DNA of 64,000 bases from contig OZ024756.1 in the NCBI GenBank assembly GCA_964016885.1, positions 5,766,001 to 5,830,000 on the forward strand. Direction: 5' to 3'. The translations under genes were made by a program, and so were the position numbers. The notes under the pieces are model-generated. The model was not told where the DNA came from and ran no database searches. It saw only the letters and a list, made by a program, of their open reading frames with translations. This stretch comes from Eledone cirrhosa. Its lineage: Eukaryota. This document shows positions 61,481 to 64,000 of the stretch, piece by piece (position 1 is the stretch's first letter; each line of letters begins with the position of its first letter).

Positions 61481-64000
61481 ATAGAAAGACAGTTACTATA
61501 TATAGAAAGACACAGTTGCTATATATAGAAAGACAGTTAATATATATAGACAGACAGTTACTATATATAGAAAGACAGTTACTACATATAGAAAGACAGT
61601 TGCTATATATAGAAAGACACAGTTACTATATATAGAAAGACAGTTACTATATATAGAAAGACAGTTGCTATATATTGACAGACAGTTACTATATATAGAA
61701 AGACAGTTACTATATATAGCAAGACACAGTTGCTATATACAGAAAGAAACAGTTACTATATATAGACAGACACAGTTACTATATATAGAAAGACAGTTAC
61801 TATATATAGAAAGACAGTTACTATATATAGAAAGACAATTACTATATATAGACAGACACAGTTACTATATATAGACAGACACAGTTACTATATATAGAGA
61901 GATACAGTTACTATATATAGACAGATACAGTTACTATATATAGAAAGACAGTTACTATATATAGACAGATACAGTTACTATATATAGAAAGACAGTTACT
62001 ATATATAGAAAGACAGTTACTATATATAGAAAGACAGTTACTATATATAGAAAGACACAGTTTCTATATATAGAAAGACAGTTACTATATATAGAAAGAC
62101 ATTTACTATATATAGAAAGACACAGTTACTATATATAGAAAGACAGTTACTATATATAGAAAGACAGTTACTCTATATAGAAAGACACAGTTACTATATA
62201 TAGAAAGACAGTTACTATATATAGAAAGGCAGTTACTATATATAGAAAGACAGTTACTATGTATAGAAAGACAGTTACTATATATAGAAAGACAGTTACT
62301 ATATATAGAAAGACACATTTACTATATATAGACAGACAGAGTTAATTCATATAGAAAGACAGTTACTATATATAGACAGACACAGTTACTATATATAGAC
62401 AGATACAGTTACTATATATAGACAGATACAGTTACTATATATAGAAATAGTGTTACTATATATAGAAATACAGTTACTATATATAGAAAGACACAGTTAC
62501 TATTTATAGAAAGACAGTTACTATATATAGAAATAGAGTTACTATATATAGAAAGACAATTACTATATACAGAAAGACACAGTTACTATATATAGAAAGA
62601 CACAGTTACTATATATAGAAAGACAGTTACTATACATAGAAAGACGGTTACTATATATAGAAATACAGTTACTATATATAGAAAGACAGTTGCTATATAT
62701 ATAAAGACACAGTTACTATATATAGAAAGACAGTTGCTATATATAGACAGACAATTACTATATATAGAAAGACAGTTACTATATATAGAAAGACACAGTT
62801 GCTATATATAGAAAGACACAGTTGCTATATATAGAAAGACAGTTAATATATATAGACAGACAGTTACTATATATAGAAAGACAGTTACTATATATAGAAA
62901 GACAGTTGCTATATATAGAAAGACACAGTTACTATATATAGAAAGACAGTTACTATATATAGAAAGACAGTTGCTATATATAGACAGACAGTTACTATAT
63001 ATAGAAAGACAGTTACTATATATAGAAAGACAGTTACTATATATAGAAAGACAATTACGATATATAGACAGACACAGTTACTATATATAGACAGACACAG
63101 TTACTATATATAGACAGATACAGTTACTATATATAGACAGATACAGTTACTATATATAGAAAGACAGTTACTATATATAGAAATACAGTTACTATATATA
63201 GAAAGACAGTTACTATATATAGAAAGACAGTTACTATATATAGAAAGACACAGTTTCTATATATAGAAAGACAGTTACTACATATAGAAAGACAGTTACT
63301 ATATATAGAAAGACACAGTTACTATATATAGAAAGACAGTTACTATATATAGAAAGACAGTTACTATATATAGAAAAACAGTTACTATATATAGACAGAT
63401 ACAGTTACTATATATAGAAAGACAGTTACTATATATAGACATATACAGTTACTATATATAGACAGATACAGTTACTATATATAGAAAGACAGTTACTATA
63501 TATAGAAAGACAGTTACTATATATAGAAAGACCGTTACTCTATATAGCAAGACAGTTATAATATATAGAAAGACAGTTACTATATATAGAAAGACAGTTA
63601 TTATATATAGACAGACACAATTACTATATATAGGCAGATACAGTTACTATATATAGAAAGACAGTTACTATATATAAAAAGACACTTACTATATATAGAA
63701 AGACAGTTACTATATATAGAAACACAGTTACTATATATAGAAAGACAGTTACTATATATAGACAGACACAGTTACTATATATAGACAGACACTGTTACTA
63801 TATATAGAAAGACAGTTACTATATATAGAAAGACAGTTACTATATATAGAAAGACAGTTACTATATATAGAAAGACAGTTACTATATATAGACATATACA
63901 GTTACTATATATAGACAGATACAGTTACTATATATAGAAAGACAGTTACTATATATAGAAAGACAGTTACTATATATAGAAAGACAGTTACTATATATAG
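59480..64000. repeat. Non-adjacent copy of about 42720-47400 (offset 16766, reduced by small deletions near 62520 and 63010)
   Basis: GAAATAGTGTT at 43032/59798 and 45678/62444, and ORFs 44899/61665 and 45340/62106, are all offset by 16766. Confidence 0.85.

Larger units (their letters stand above)
1..64000. repeat. AT-rich satellite array: 21-bp monomer GAAAGACAGTTACTATATATA with interspersed 23-bp variants, single orientation, extends beyond both ends
   Basis: The monomer can be read continuously from base 1 to 64000. I saw no non-repeat insertion or inversion. The consensus has 10 A, 6 T, 3 G and 2 C. Confidence 0.99.

Noticed and set aside
878-62318. All listed ORFs (63-121 aa heptad repeats such as CLSIYSN, VFLYIVT and RQLLYIE)
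   Set aside because: 21 bp is divisible by 3, and four of the six consensus frames lack stops, so such ORFs arise automatically. The 23-mers shift frame freely, most starts are GTG/TTG, and there is no unique sequence or recognisable domain. The heptad pattern is an artefact of monomer length.
1-64000. CRISPR array
   Set aside because: There are no unique spacers, the repeats abut directly, and no leader or cas genes are present.
1-64000. Telomerase-made telomeric repeat (some budding yeasts have 21-25-bp units)
   Set aside because: There is no G-rich strand or G-run. Variants are inherited in kb-scale blocks, which indicates duplication rather than templated addition. A subtelomeric location is not excluded.
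1-64000. Synthetic sequence or a pure assembly expansion
   Set aside because: Nested duplications with shared and private variants look like natural satellite evolution. Individual junctions still need read confirmation.
1-64000. Plasmid iterons or a viral replication origin (about 21-bp repeats)
   Set aside because: Iteron clusters contain a few to tens of copies next to a rep gene. Here there are thousands of copies and no gene.
1-64000. Assignment to a named satellite family or species
   Set aside because: I do not recognise the monomer with confidence, and a database search is needed.

Overview
The whole 64 kb is one uninterrupted head-to-tail satellite array in a single orientation. 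It holds roughly 2,950 monomers (estimated from length) and runs past both window edges. The main monomer is the 21-bp GAAAGACAGTTACTATATATA (5/21 GC). It is interspersed with 23-bp forms (GAAAGACACAG..., GACAGACACAG..., GACAGATACAG...), often as a 65-bp 21+21+23 unit. I found no gene, RNA gene, transposon or CRISPR array, and every listed ORF is a translation of the repeat. The information lies in the variant pattern. Rare monomer variants mark nested duplications with local periods of 3076/2451/2055, 1323, 4189, 2327, 2646/1698/3086/2950/914 bp, plus long-range copies about 14.2 and 16.8 kb apart. Each consensus junction contains the palindrome CTATATATAG, which fits the MEF2-type MADS consensus and sits next to a MYB-type CAGTTA. 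Several recurrent variants perfect an otherwise mismatched inverted repeat. I cannot identify the organism or a named satellite family from the sequence; a eukaryotic heterochromatic satellite is the most likely interpretation.
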